A stretch of DNA of 64,000 nt from an uncultured Victivallis sp. GTDB taxonomy: Bacteria > Verrucomicrobiota > Lentisphaeria > Victivallales > GWF2-50-93. The stretch spans positions 17,130-81,129 of the forward strand of contig CAZION010000007.1 in the NCBI GenBank assembly GCA_964540865.1, read 5' to 3'. Positions 8,833 through 18,128 of the stretch are shown one piece after another (within the stretch, counting starts at the first letter, position 1; each line of letters opens with the position of its first letter). The notes under the pieces are model-generated. The model worked only from the letters and a program-made list of their open reading frames with translations. It was not told the DNA's origin and ran no database searches. A program made the translations under genes and the position numbers.

Positions 8833-10356
8833 TCATTTCTTTTTCGCGACATCGAGACACTTCATCCTATTCAGGTCTCTTACAAACAACTTGCCGTCCA
8901 CCAGCGTCATAGGTCCCCACGAATCAGGGCCAGGAAGCACTTTTGCCCTGGCAAGCTGAATATAGCCTTTTGTTGTCGCCTCGGCAATGGTGAGCATCCC
9001 ATCGTCATCCATCAGGAAGATCATCCCGTCTGCGATCATCCATGGGCCAATGCCAAAGCGGTTCGGGGAGCCGCTCGCCCATACTTCATTAAGGTCGGCA
9101 TCCATGCATACAAGTTCCTGGCGTGGTTTTGGAAGCACTGCATAGATATGGCCTTCATAGAGAATAGGGGTATGCTGTTCAACTCCGAATTCTTTAGGTT
9201 TCATTGCTTTAAGTATTTTTACCTGGACTTTGCCGTCTGATTCCACAAGTTGCATAAGCTTTGCTTCGCTTCCATAGCCGGCTGTAAACAGGATGCGGTC
9301 TTCGCCGACCGGCAAAGGAGAGGGCGCGATCGTATGCCATTTGAAATCCTGGGTCTCCCAGATTATGCCGCCATCCGAGGCCGATACTCCGACAGCTCCT
9401 TTCGTGCCCGCATAGACATATGTATGCCTCCCCTTGTACGTCATTGGTACGACACTGGCGTGGCTCATCTTTGAACCATGCGGATTCGGGGTCTTCCAGA
9501 TGATCTCGCCGGAGGCGTAGTCAATTGCCATGAGAAGTACATCAGGTGCCCCCGGGGCCAGAATCAATTTCCCGTTCTCAATCAGAGGGCACTGTCCGGC
9601 ATACCAACCAGGTACGGTGGTGCCAAACTGTTCCGCAAGATCCATGCGCCATAGAAAAGCGCCGGTCTCGGCATTAAGACAAGTCACATGGCATTTCGGT
9701 CCAATTCCTATCAGGTAGGGGCCGTCAAGGGCGACTACTGTACGGCTGATTCCGTGATTGCGCTTGATGTCCATGGGATATGAATATCTCCATATTTCCT
9801 CACCATTGTCAAAGGAAAGGCATCTGATGGCATCGCGCTTGTTTTTCTCATCATAATCAAATATGTAAACCCGGCCATCGCGAACTGCCGCCCCGGCATA
9901 TCCCTCTCCAAGCTCCAGCTCCCAGGTTGCAGGGGGGCCGCCTTCCGGCCAGGTGCGGGAGAGTTCCACTGAATCTTTGCCAATCTCATCGCGCCTCACT
10001 CCGCGGAAACAGGGCCATGAATCTTTGGTCTGGCCAGGCTTGCCGTTCCCTTTTTCAAGAGTGGCGCCTTGGGGCATTGTGCGGATGACAGCCGTATCTT
10101 TCTGAGGCACCCCCTCAGTTGTTTCGGATAATTTGCCCTCATCCTTATCCTTTATCACGGCAGTGCTGGATGTCGAGATAGGCGGCAAGTTTTTGTCCAC
10201 GGGCTTTTTCGGCGCGCCGTCCTCTCCTGGAAGCCTGGGAGGCTGAGGTGGATAACTGATGCCGAACTGCCAGTAGGCGAAGACGCAGATGAATGCCAGC
10301 GCTGCTAGCGCCGGCAGAAAAATCGCCATTAGATTTGATTTGCCTTTTTCCGGCAC
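8833..10356 (-). CDS. PQQ-like (BamB-type) beta-propeller protein with N-terminal TM anchor and Pro-rich linker
   Basis: WPCFRG, LGEGYAG, repeated G...W blades, C-terminal DGKLFVRD. Confidence 0.88.
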   Translation of the reverse strand: MPEKGKSNLMAIFLPALAALAFICVFAYWQFGISYPPQPPRLPGEDGAPKKPVDKNLPPISTSSTAVIKDKDEGKLSETTEGVPQKDTAVIRTMPQGATLEKGNGKPGQTKDSWPCFRGVRRDEIGKDSVELSRTWPEGGPPATWELELGEGYAGAAVRDGRVYIFDYDEKNKRDAIRCLSFDNGEEIWRYSYPMDIKRNHGISRTVVALDGPYLIGIGPKCHVTCLNAETGAFLWRMDLAEQFGTTVPGWYAGQCPLIENGKLILAPGAPDVLLMAIDYASGEIIWKTPNPHGSKMSHASVVPMTYKGRHTYVYAGTKGAVGVSASDGGIIWETQDFKWHTIAPSPLPVGEDRILFTAGYGSEAKLMQLVESDGKVQVKILKAMKPKEFGVEQHTPILYEGHIYAVLPKPRQELVCMDADLNEVWASGSPNRFGIGPWMIADGMIFLMDDDGMLTIAEATTKGYIQLARAKVLPGPDSWGPMTLVDGKLFVRDLNRMKCLDVAKKK

Positions 10357-10392
10357 TGGTTCAACCTCTTTGTAATTCCCTCACACCTTAAT

Positions 10393-10509
10393 GGTAACGG
10401 GTCAGTCTTTATCCAGGGCGAGTTAGTCTCGCCGTAGTAGCACAGGCATCTTGCCTGTGTTTTCCCCCGAGCGTCCCGTCCGTCTTCAAAAAAAGACTGA
10501 GCCTTTACC
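10393..10509. mobile_element. Putative MITE with imperfect 18-bp terminal inverted repeats
   Basis: ggtaacgggtcagtcttt versus reverse complement of the right end ggtaaaggctcagtcttt; internal GTAG-type palindrome cacaggcatcttgcctgtg. Confidence 0.55.
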
Positions 10510-10540
10510 CGAATGGCGCTTAGTTGATGCATTTCTTGAG

Positions 10541-10593
10541 GTAGCGCGGGTCTATCTGACCCGCGTTTCCCGGGTCAGATAGACCCGAGTTAC
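10541..10593. repeat. GTAG-type REP doublet
   Basis: gtagcgcgggtctatctgacccgcg ... cgggtcagatagacccgagttac. Confidence 0.7.
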
Positions 10594-10660
10594 TTCTACG
10601 GAAAACCCCAACTGCTCAACAGTTCTCTGGTCTTTTGCAATCAGCTCGAATATTAAAACT

Positions 10661-12001
10661 TCACAGTTTTGTCGGCGGCTCAGTCGCTAACGGCGGTTTG
10701 GACGGCGATGCCGGAGCAATACAGATCAGCCTTTTCAGTGTCCGCACGAAAATGCAACTGTTGGATACTGCGGGTGAGGCGTCAACCGGTTCGCCGAAAA
10801 CAGTCTTACCCAACACCTCCATTGTCTTGTCGGCCTTGAGAATCGTCACCTCGCCGTCGCGGTTGATGATGTAGAGCTTTCCTCCCGCCACGATCGGCGA
10901 AGCGTAGATTTGCCCGTCCAACTCTCGCTCTGCAGCTTTCTTGCCATCACTCACGTTCAGGCAGATCGCAGAGCCAGAAGCAAGAAATACACCGTCACCA
11001 TAGGCGACCGGCGATGCGACTTCCGAAGTGACCTCGGCGTTTTTCCATACGACATGCGTCTTGGTGACGTCGCCAGTTCCATCCGGACGTATAGCCATGG
11101 TTCCGGAAGTGCCCAGCGTGACAATGAGCAGCCCCTTGCTGAAGGAAGGAGAAGGTACAATGTCTGAACACTTGCCATTCACGATCCAGAGCTCGTGTCC
11201 GTCCTTCAGATCATAAGCGGCCACACCACCGCATGAAACTAAAACTATCTGTGGTCCTTTGGCGGTTTCGATGATGAGCGGCGAGCACCAGGACGCCCCC
11301 ATGGTACGTTTGGTGCGCCAGACTTCCTTTCCGGTCTCAGTGTCGAAAGCTACAATAGCCGCCTTTTCATCGTTCTGATCGAATTGTACAAGAAGAAGGT
11401 TTTTGTAAAGCGCCGGCGAGGATGCGTATGCGTAACTTATTTCAGGCAGGCCCAGATCCGCTTTCCACGCCGCCGTACCATCTATATTGAAAGCCGCAAT
11501 GGCACCGGTCGCGAATACAGTAAATACACGTTTGCCATCAGTTGCTGGGGTTGATGGGGCAAGTGTGGTTGTCTCCTCGTCGAAAAGTTCAGGCTTGCCT
11601 TTCAGAGTAACGGCTCCTTTCCAGAGAAGCTTGCCAGATTTGCTGTCGAAACAGAATATGGCGCCCTGATTTTCGCCAGCGCCGGAGACGAACACCTTAT
11701 CTCCACAGACAATGGGTGAACCTGAGCCGGGGAGGGGCAGGTCAGCCTTCCAGAGGATGCCCTTTCCGCTTTTCGCATCCCATGTGACGGCCGTATTCGC
11801 ATCTGCGGCAACTGCCTGACTGCCGGCTCCGCGGAAAGCAGGCCAGTCGGAAACTGCGTCAGACTTTACTGCATCATCGCCAGCGACGATGAAATTAGCC
11901 TGCGCCAGAACTGTCAAGATCAGACACAGCGATATCCTCTTCATTTTTGCAGCATTACCTCTATCAAATGCAATTTTCATCTTCCGCAATTTGCAGTTCA
12001 T
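10661..12001 (-). CDS. Secreted PQQ-like beta-propeller protein
   Basis: WPAFRG, PGSGSPIV, STPATDG, YASSP, WCSP, YASP repeats; signal peptide (likely start MKRIS at 11944). Confidence 0.88.
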   Translation of the reverse strand: MNCKLRKMKIAFDRGNAAKMKRISLCLILTVLAQANFIVAGDDAVKSDAVSDWPAFRGAGSQAVAADANTAVTWDAKSGKGILWKADLPLPGSGSPIVCGDKVFVSGAGENQGAIFCFDSKSGKLLWKGAVTLKGKPELFDEETTTLAPSTPATDGKRVFTVFATGAIAAFNIDGTAAWKADLGLPEISYAYASSPALYKNLLLVQFDQNDEKAAIVAFDTETGKEVWRTKRTMGASWCSPLIIETAKGPQIVLVSCGGVAAYDLKDGHELWIVNGKCSDIVPSPSFSKGLLIVTLGTSGTMAIRPDGTGDVTKTHVVWKNAEVTSEVASPVAYGDGVFLASGSAICLNVSDGKKAAERELDGQIYASPIVAGGKLYIINRDGEVTILKADKTMEVLGKTVFGEPVDASPAVSNSCIFVRTLKRLICIAPASPSKPPLATEPPTKL

Positions 12002-12078
12002 TGTCTATTCCCTATTGTTTCTTGGATTTTTGGTTTAACATTTTAGAGGCTCCATTCACTAATCGTCTCATAGTTGTT

Positions 12079-12186
12079 TAGACCCCACCGACCTTGCGTC
12101 GGTGGTGAATAGATTGGGGGGCTAGGTGGCGCTCGCCCTAGCATCCCAATCTTATTCACCAACGGGATAAACCCGTTGGGGTTTCT
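12079..12186. repeat. REPIN-like nested palindrome (tagacccc...ggggtttcta)
   Basis: Long inverted arms with internal hairpins; related to 5108-5178. Confidence 0.75.
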
Positions 12187-12447
12187 ATTCTATTTCGAGA
12201 CGATTAATAACATATATCACGTTCTCGCAAGATATTAATTCCCGATGAAAAGATTTGTTTAAATTGGGCGGCTTTGCCGCAACTTTAAATAATCTGAACC
12301 TCGAACATTCAATCCGCCGCGGCGGAAACTTCCAACTTCGAATGAATTCGGTTTTTAATTCGATGTTCAAAATTGAAGTTGAATGTTGTCTCTCTGAAAT
12401 TCCTTAATGTTGAATTAGGCGGACATGGGCCGCAACTATGAACACGA

Positions 12448-12957
12448 CTACTTAGGCATTTCGGCGGTCATGGAACCTTTGCGGTTGCGGTTACCGCCTA
12501 TTTCGTTGTAGGTGCACTGTGCAATGCCGTCGTCACCGTACTTTCCGGAGAACTCGAAGGATCCGTTGGCGCTTCCTCCGCTCGCTTTGCCGTCGCCACT
12601 GATCTGCGTTTTCAGATCGGTCTTGATCGTTCCAACATAGTTCAGGGGCTTGCCATCCCAACTGGATTCATAGACTGCGTCATAGGTGCCATCCCCTTTC
12701 ATTTTGAGTTTCGCCGACCAGCTGCTCTTCTTGTTCCCGAAATTGCAGGTACCCTTGATGGAAGTGACTTCGGCGCCTTTGCCTGCAGTCTTGGCCTGTT
12801 CGGCAAAGACCGTAGAAACAGCCAAACCCGACACCAGGCATGCTCCGCCTAGAAGCAAAGATGAGAGACAATACGCGACGGTTTTCCGGTTCATCAGACT
12901 CTTCAGCATTTTCATTTGACAGCCCTTTCTGTTTAGGGAACCTCTAAGAATTCGCAT
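12448..12957 (-). CDS. Hypothetical secreted beta-rich protein
   Basis: Signal peptide after a likely start at 12915 (MKMLKSL); Gly/Ser/Thr-rich mature part with 2 Cys. Confidence 0.65.
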   Translation of the reverse strand: MRILRGSLNRKGCQMKMLKSLMNRKTVAYCLSSLLLGGACLVSGLAVSTVFAEQAKTAGKGAEVTSIKGTCNFGNKKSSWSAKLKMKGDGTYDAVYESSWDGKPLNYVGTIKTDLKTQISGDGKASGGSANGSFEFSGKYGDDGIAQCTYNEIGGNRNRKGSMTAEMPK

Positions 12958-12973
12958 TTTCAGAGGTTCCCTT
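12934..12973. repeat. Inverted repeat AGGGAACCTCT...AGAGGTTCCCT (IS-end/MITE-like)
   Basis: Read directly; half-site ttttagaggttccct also near 32356. Confidence 0.6.
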
Positions 12974-13140
12974 TAGTGATAAAATAGTATATCAATCCAC
13001 TCTATTCAATGAACAGGGAAATTTTCCGTTCCTTCGCGAAACCCCTCAGTCTCCTCCTGGGACTACCACATAGAGCACAGAGAAAAGAATTTGATTAAGT
13101 GGGCATGAAAAAAACAATCCTCCTTCTGCCCTTTGCGCAC

Positions 13141-13192
13141 TCTGCGTCTTAATCTCAGCGAACTCTGCGGTAAAGGGATTGAATCCTAACCG
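13141..13192 (+). repeat. 52-bp dispersed direct repeat, copy 2
   Basis: 50/52 identical to 4389-4440. Confidence 0.9.
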
Positions 13193-13344
13193 CAAAGACC
13201 GCAAAGGGAAGACGCGAAGTTCGCAGAGTATTTATCAGATGGCGTATTATGAATGCTTATCAAGTCTTGACATAGACGAAAAATGCAATTAACTTCCCGA
13301 AAATATTCTTTATCCACTTTTATACTTACAGAAAAGGAATCAAT

Positions 13345-13665
13345 ATGCAAGTTGTCATCGATGGAAAAGATATCGAAGTGCTCTCAAGTGACAGGAACAT
13401 TGTCGATTTAGCTGACAGGGCCAGGATAAAAATCATAAATCCCTGCAGTGAAAACGGAAAAACCGATGGTTGCTGCAGAAGCTGTGTAGTGGAAATCAAC
13501 GGTGAACAGAAATTTGCATGTACTACTAAACCTAAGTCTGGAATGAATATTGTCATATCCCGGGACGATCTGAAGCTATTACGAAAAATTCGCCTTCAGG
13601 AATTCAAGGAATTTAAGAAAAAGAATAAGGCCGGTTCATGCTGCTCAAGCAAAGGCTGCTGCTGA
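13345..13665 (+). CDS. Small stand-alone 2Fe-2S (Fer2_4-like) protein with Cys-rich tail
   Basis: IDGKDIEV...NPC...GCCRSCVVEI...FACTT; tail GSCCSSKGCC; AAGGA RBS. Confidence 0.8.
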   Translation: MQVVIDGKDIEVLSSDRNIVDLADRARIKIINPCSENGKTDGCCRSCVVEINGEQKFACTTKPKSGMNIVISRDDLKLLRKIRLQEFKEFKKKNKAGSCCSSKGCC

Positions 13666-13702
13666 TATAGAACTGTGAAACAAAGACCAAAGGAGATTAT
13701 TT

Positions 13703-15061
13703 ATGAATTCTAAATTCCGTCTTGCGATATTCGCAATTGTCTGTCTGTTTGCGATGAAAGCTGCCGCCGTTGATGCGCCTGCCAACCTGCCGGCGACCGA
13801 CTGGCCGCAATGGCGCGGACCAACTGCAACAGGCGAGGCCGCCCCGGATGCAAAACCACCGTTGTCATGGTCGGAAGACAATAATATCCGTTGGAAAGTT
13901 GCCATCCCGGGAAGAGGACGTTCGACGCCGATTATCTGGAAAGACCGCATCTTCATTACGACGGCGGTGCAGACTGACAAGCCGGTGGATCCGGAGAAAG
14001 TCAAAGCTGCCATGGATGCCATTCCTGAATTTGCACGCAAAGGCGCACACGTCCCTGAAAAAGTGCTTCAGTTTGTTGTCATGGCCCTTAAGCGCAGCGA
14101 CGGCAGCGTGATGTGGCAGAAAACTGTCTGCGAACAGGCGCCGCTGGCCGGAACCCATGCCGACGGCAGCTGGGCTTCCGGATCACCTATTACCGACGGT
14201 GAGTCGCTATATGCGTATTTCGGATCCTACGGACTCTACGCCATGACTCTGGACGGCGAAAAGAAATGGAGCAAGGAGCTCGGTACATTCAAGACAAAAG
14301 CCAATTTCGGGGAAGGTGTGTCGCCAGTTCTCTGCGGGGATTCGCTGATCATAAACCAGGACTTTGAAGGGCCTTCCTTCATTGTGGCTCTGGATCGGAA
14401 GACGGGCGAGGAGAAATGGCGGGTTAAACGAGATGAAGCCACTTCCTGGTCCACCCCGCTAATTATCCAACATGGAGGCAAACAGCAAATCGTCGTATCC
14501 GCCACCAAGCGCATCCGCAGCTATAATCCGGAAGACGGCGCGCTCCTATGGGAAATCGGAGGCATGACCGGTAATGTGGTCCCATGTCCAATTACGGATG
14601 GCAGCTTGGTGTTTTGCATGAGCGGTTTCCGGGGAAATGCGCTTTTCGCAATCAAGCTTGCTGCCGCAGTCGGCGAGCTGGCTGACAAACCAGAGGCGAT
14701 GGCTTGGAGCAGTAAGACCAATACATCATACGTACCTTCACCAGTGATCAGTGGCGGCCTGCTCTACTACATTAAGACAAATGAAGGGTTTCTGACCTGT
14801 GCTGATGCAACGACAGGCCAGGTGAATTATGCTGCCAAACTCGATGGCTTGCAGACGGTTTTTGCTTCCCCTGTTGCCGCTGGCGGACATTTGTATGTTC
14901 CTGGTAAAAACGGTCTGACCCTGGTATTGAAGCTCGGACCTAAGTTCGAATTGATTGCCAGCAACCAGCTTAATGATGAAATCATATCATCCCCGGCCGT
15001 GGTCGGAAATGAGATCTTCTTGCGAGGCGACAAAAGTCTATATTGTATAATGGGGAGATGA
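13703..15061 (+). CDS. Secreted PQQ-like beta-propeller protein
   Basis: Signal peptide; DWPQWRGP, GRSTPIIW, SPITDG, SWSTP, FASP, IFLRG. Confidence 0.9.
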   Translation: MNSKFRLAIFAIVCLFAMKAAAVDAPANLPATDWPQWRGPTATGEAAPDAKPPLSWSEDNNIRWKVAIPGRGRSTPIIWKDRIFITTAVQTDKPVDPEKVKAAMDAIPEFARKGAHVPEKVLQFVVMALKRSDGSVMWQKTVCEQAPLAGTHADGSWASGSPITDGESLYAYFGSYGLYAMTLDGEKKWSKELGTFKTKANFGEGVSPVLCGDSLIINQDFEGPSFIVALDRKTGEEKWRVKRDEATSWSTPLIIQHGGKQQIVVSATKRIRSYNPEDGALLWEIGGMTGNVVPCPITDGSLVFCMSGFRGNALFAIKLAAAVGELADKPEAMAWSSKTNTSYVPSPVISGGLLYYIKTNEGFLTCADATTGQVNYAAKLDGLQTVFASPVAAGGHLYVPGKNGLTLVLKLGPKFELIASNQLNDEIISSPAVVGNEIFLRGDKSLYCIMGR

Positions 15062-15105
15062 TACGCTGATCTGGAAACGAGGCTTCTAGAACCTACAAAA
15101 TAGAA

Positions 15106-16260
15106 TCATACCGCCTTGCTTACAGCGCTCATATTTCTCCAATATTTCAAGATACCTTCAGAGGTGCCAAATCCGGCCTCTGAAAGATCTTCATTAATAT
15201 TGGCTATGTTCGGTGCAAGGACTGTCATGCTTGCGAACTTGTGCAGGCGTCTGATATAGTCTTCAGCAGACTCATCAGGAAACTTCGGCCATGAGTTGAA
15301 ATTAACCTTCCCTGCTTTAGCAAATTTCTCCATGTTGGCAAAGAAATCAATTTCCTGTTCATGTCCGGGAATATGTCCGAAATTCAGCACCTTGAACTCA
15401 GGCTGTTCCAGTATTGCATTTGTGAGTCCCTCATTATATCCGCAATAATGCGTCCAGGAGCCGCCGAACTCCCTGGCAAGCCTTTTAGAATATGGAATGG
15501 CGAACTCGCGGATCTGCTCCTCTCCAAGCAGCGCCGTCGTATCCTCGCAGATTCTAATTCCAAAGCTGTCGGAATATATGGCGTTGCTATGATGCATGGA
15601 GGTCAGTGGCTCACCTATCGCCTCCTTCATCCAGCGATGCGTCCTGATGCCCAGCTCGAGGCATATGTTCATAAGATGGTGGATAAACTTGGGATCGTCG
15701 TATAGTTCCAGGAAGATGTTGTCACCCATCAGCAGGTGCGCCAAGTCAAATGGTCCCTGCGTGTCCATGGCATAGATCGGCATGGATTCCCCCATGGTCT
15801 CCTTGAAATAACGCATCATCTCAAGCCCGCGTGCAAAGCTTCCTTGCTGCTTGATGTCATCTGGAGTCAGCTTGGAAATCTGCGCCTTGTCAAGGTGTTC
15901 GTGCAGCCATGGCATCTTGTCGGCAAAGGATTCCTGTTCGAGGCCTATGCATGAGAGCAGGATACCTGTTCCGAGGTTCGCTCGGACAGAAGGGACTCTA
16001 TCGCTAAGGCCATTGGCGGAGGCGCAGGCAGCCCTAGTTTCACGGCAGAGCATTTTTGCCTTGTCGGTAAAAATCTGCTTGTAATCATATCCCGGTATCT
16101 CCTCCTGCTTCTTGGTCAGCTTCTCGCAAATGAAAAGCAACGGTACATCAAGCTTCTCCCTGCGCCACGCCTTACACTGGCGATCGCGGCTCCTCTGGAT
16201 GTGATCGTAGTCGAAATTCAGATATTCTTTCAGACCCTTAACGTCAAATTCCCTATCCAT
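15106..16260 (-). CDS. Uroporphyrinogen decarboxylase-like (UroD/MtaA superfamily) TIM-barrel protein
   Basis: DTQGPFDLAHLLMG...LYDDP..IH.LM, ICED, PY, HYCG. Confidence 0.8.
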   Translation of the reverse strand: MDREFDVKGLKEYLNFDYDHIQRSRDRQCKAWRREKLDVPLLFICEKLTKKQEEIPGYDYKQIFTDKAKMLCRETRAACASANGLSDRVPSVRANLGTGILLSCIGLEQESFADKMPWLHEHLDKAQISKLTPDDIKQQGSFARGLEMMRYFKETMGESMPIYAMDTQGPFDLAHLLMGDNIFLELYDDPKFIHHLMNICLELGIRTHRWMKEAIGEPLTSMHHSNAIYSDSFGIRICEDTTALLGEEQIREFAIPYSKRLAREFGGSWTHYCGYNEGLTNAILEQPEFKVLNFGHIPGHEQEIDFFANMEKFAKAGKVNFNSWPKFPDESAEDYIRRLHKFASMTVLAPNIANINEDLSEAGFGTSEGILKYWRNMSAVSKAV

Positions 16261-16316
16261 GGCATAATCCTTTCTTGACTAATTGTATATTATAATTATA
16301 CTATTGACGACAGTAA

Positions 16317-17144
16317 ATGTATTTTATATTTATAAAATTGTATAATATGATCATGACAGATTCCGCCAGTCTCGAATTCATCGGCTTCAACCAAGTTCCG
16401 GAATGCAGTGCCTGGGTCGACAAGTATTACAATTACTATGTCATCCAGTATGCGGAACGGGGAGAGCTCGATCTGTACATTGACAAGAATCCGGTGAAAC
16501 ATTTGAAGGGACCGGTTGTCTGGCTGACTTTTCCGGGACCTTACTTCAAGTTCGGACGCCGTGATGGAGGAACCTGGCACCACCGTTTCGTATCCTTCAG
16601 GGGAAATCTACCCGACTCCTATGCAAAAAAAGGGCTTTTCCCTTCATCTGCCCCAGTAATAGAAATCAGCGAGCCATTTAAATTCACCGAAGCATTCGAC
16701 AGGATGCTGTCACGGCTGGCAGTGTCGACTGAACCGACTTTCAGGACAGTGCACATGCTTGAGGAATTGCTGATCCAGCTTGGAGAACAGCCTGCAAGCC
16801 AGCGCGAAGAAGCCATTCCGGTGATGAGGATCCGCAGGATCGCCGCGAAAATAGAATCTGCCCCATTCAACGAATGGGACTGGATGAAAACGGCGAAGGA
16901 GGCAGGTGTGTCATATCCGCATTTCCGCAGGCTGTTCCATGATATATTCAAAACTCCGCCCATGAGATTCCTGCTCCTCAAAAGGCTTGAAAAGTCCGCA
17001 GCCATGCTGCGGGAAGGCGGAAGAAAGATAGAGGAGATTGCGGAGCTCTGCAAGTTCTATGACCTATATCACTTTTCCAAACTATTTAGGAAATACTACG
17101 GCTCTGCCCCAGGCCAGTACCGCAGAAACCATATGGGAAGATGA
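16317..17144 (+). CDS. AraC family transcriptional regulator
   Basis: C-terminal double HTH (VSYPHFRRLF...IEEIAELCKFYDLYHFSKLFRKYYG.APGQYR); start may be 16347. Confidence 0.92.
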   Translation: MYFIFIKLYNMIMTDSASLEFIGFNQVPECSAWVDKYYNYYVIQYAERGELDLYIDKNPVKHLKGPVVWLTFPGPYFKFGRRDGGTWHHRFVSFRGNLPDSYAKKGLFPSSAPVIEISEPFKFTEAFDRMLSRLAVSTEPTFRTVHMLEELLIQLGEQPASQREEAIPVMRIRRIAAKIESAPFNEWDWMKTAKEAGVSYPHFRRLFHDIFKTPPMRFLLLKRLEKSAAMLREGGRKIEEIAELCKFYDLYHFSKLFRKYYGSAPGQYRRNHMGR

Positions 17145-17168
17145 AGAAATGAATAATGGAAAGAAGTT

Positions 17169-18017
17169 TCAGTCGATAGGGTGGTTCCGTCTATAGTTTT
17201 CGGGTGCCAGTCCGGTGATCTGTTTGAAACGGCGGCTGAAATGGAAGGGAGCTGAGTAGCCGAACTGCATTGCGATGTTCGCAATGCTTTCTGCAGAATA
17301 GGAAAGCGTTTCTGCCGCCTGCATGATCTTCAGTCTGTCAACATAATCCTTCGGGGATGTTCCGGTATGGGCATGGAAGACACGGCGGAACTGGGCCTCG
17401 CTCAGGCTGCAGAATTCAGCCATTTCGGAAACAGTCCACCATTTCTCAGGGGAGTTCCTGATTTTTTCGATGAGGTTCTTCAGGTAAGGATATTTTTCCC
17501 TGCCTTTCGAGTTTCTGTTTTCAAGATAAAGCTCGACAAGCAGATGCTGGAGCTCCACATTAGCCAGAATCTGCGAATTTCGCGAAGGATCCGAAGCTTT
17601 CTCGATTATCGGAATAAGGCGTCTGGCTTTGCCTATTTCTATTATTCCGTCCTTCAGCACGCCAGTTTTAAAAAGACAATCAGCGATTATTCCAGTGAAA
17701 CTAATGGTGTCCTCGACATAGTTCGTGTTGTGTCCGCCATAGCAGTGGATGAAGCGCGGAGTCACTACGACAGCCTTGCCTTCTTCATAGAATTGCGGAC
17801 ATTTTCCTGGAGCCCAGTACCACCCGTGGCCTTTTATAAGATGTGAGATGCAGTAGTACTCGAAATATCTGGGTTTCCCAGGTGGAAGGGCTGGATGCGA
17901 TGTGCCGTCCCGTCCGTACTTGCATATCCAGAGCCCGTATTTCTCATGGACTTCCTGCCGTCCCTCGGACATTTTGTGGACTTTGCAGTCACTATGATTG
18001 ATAATGGTATTATTCAT
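17169..18017 (-). CDS. AraC family transcriptional regulator
   Basis: LSEAQFRRVF...IANIAMQFGYSAPFHFSRRFKQITGLAPENYR. Confidence 0.92.
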   Translation of the reverse strand: MNNTIINHSDCKVHKMSEGRQEVHEKYGLWICKYGRDGTSHPALPPGKPRYFEYYCISHLIKGHGWYWAPGKCPQFYEEGKAVVVTPRFIHCYGGHNTNYVEDTISFTGIIADCLFKTGVLKDGIIEIGKARRLIPIIEKASDPSRNSQILANVELQHLLVELYLENRNSKGREKYPYLKNLIEKIRNSPEKWWTVSEMAEFCSLSEAQFRRVFHAHTGTSPKDYVDRLKIMQAAETLSYSAESIANIAMQFGYSAPFHFSRRFKQITGLAPENYRRNHPID

Positions 18018-18128
18018 GATTGATTTGTCTATGTAAATAAGAACGGTTAGTTATATTATAACTCATGTTTATATTGTTAATAACCTAATTGAATTTGTAT
18101 GTTTTATCAATAGCAGGGAGTTCTGAAA

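Noticed and set aside
2829-13260. CRISPR array or integron attC array
   Set aside because: The repeats are heterogeneous and not regularly spaced; no cas or integrase gene; no consistent attC core sites
8833-15061. True PQQ-dependent dehydrogenases or BamB
   Set aside because: Only generic propeller repeats are visible; no pqq or bam context and no recognisable quinoprotein active-site motifs
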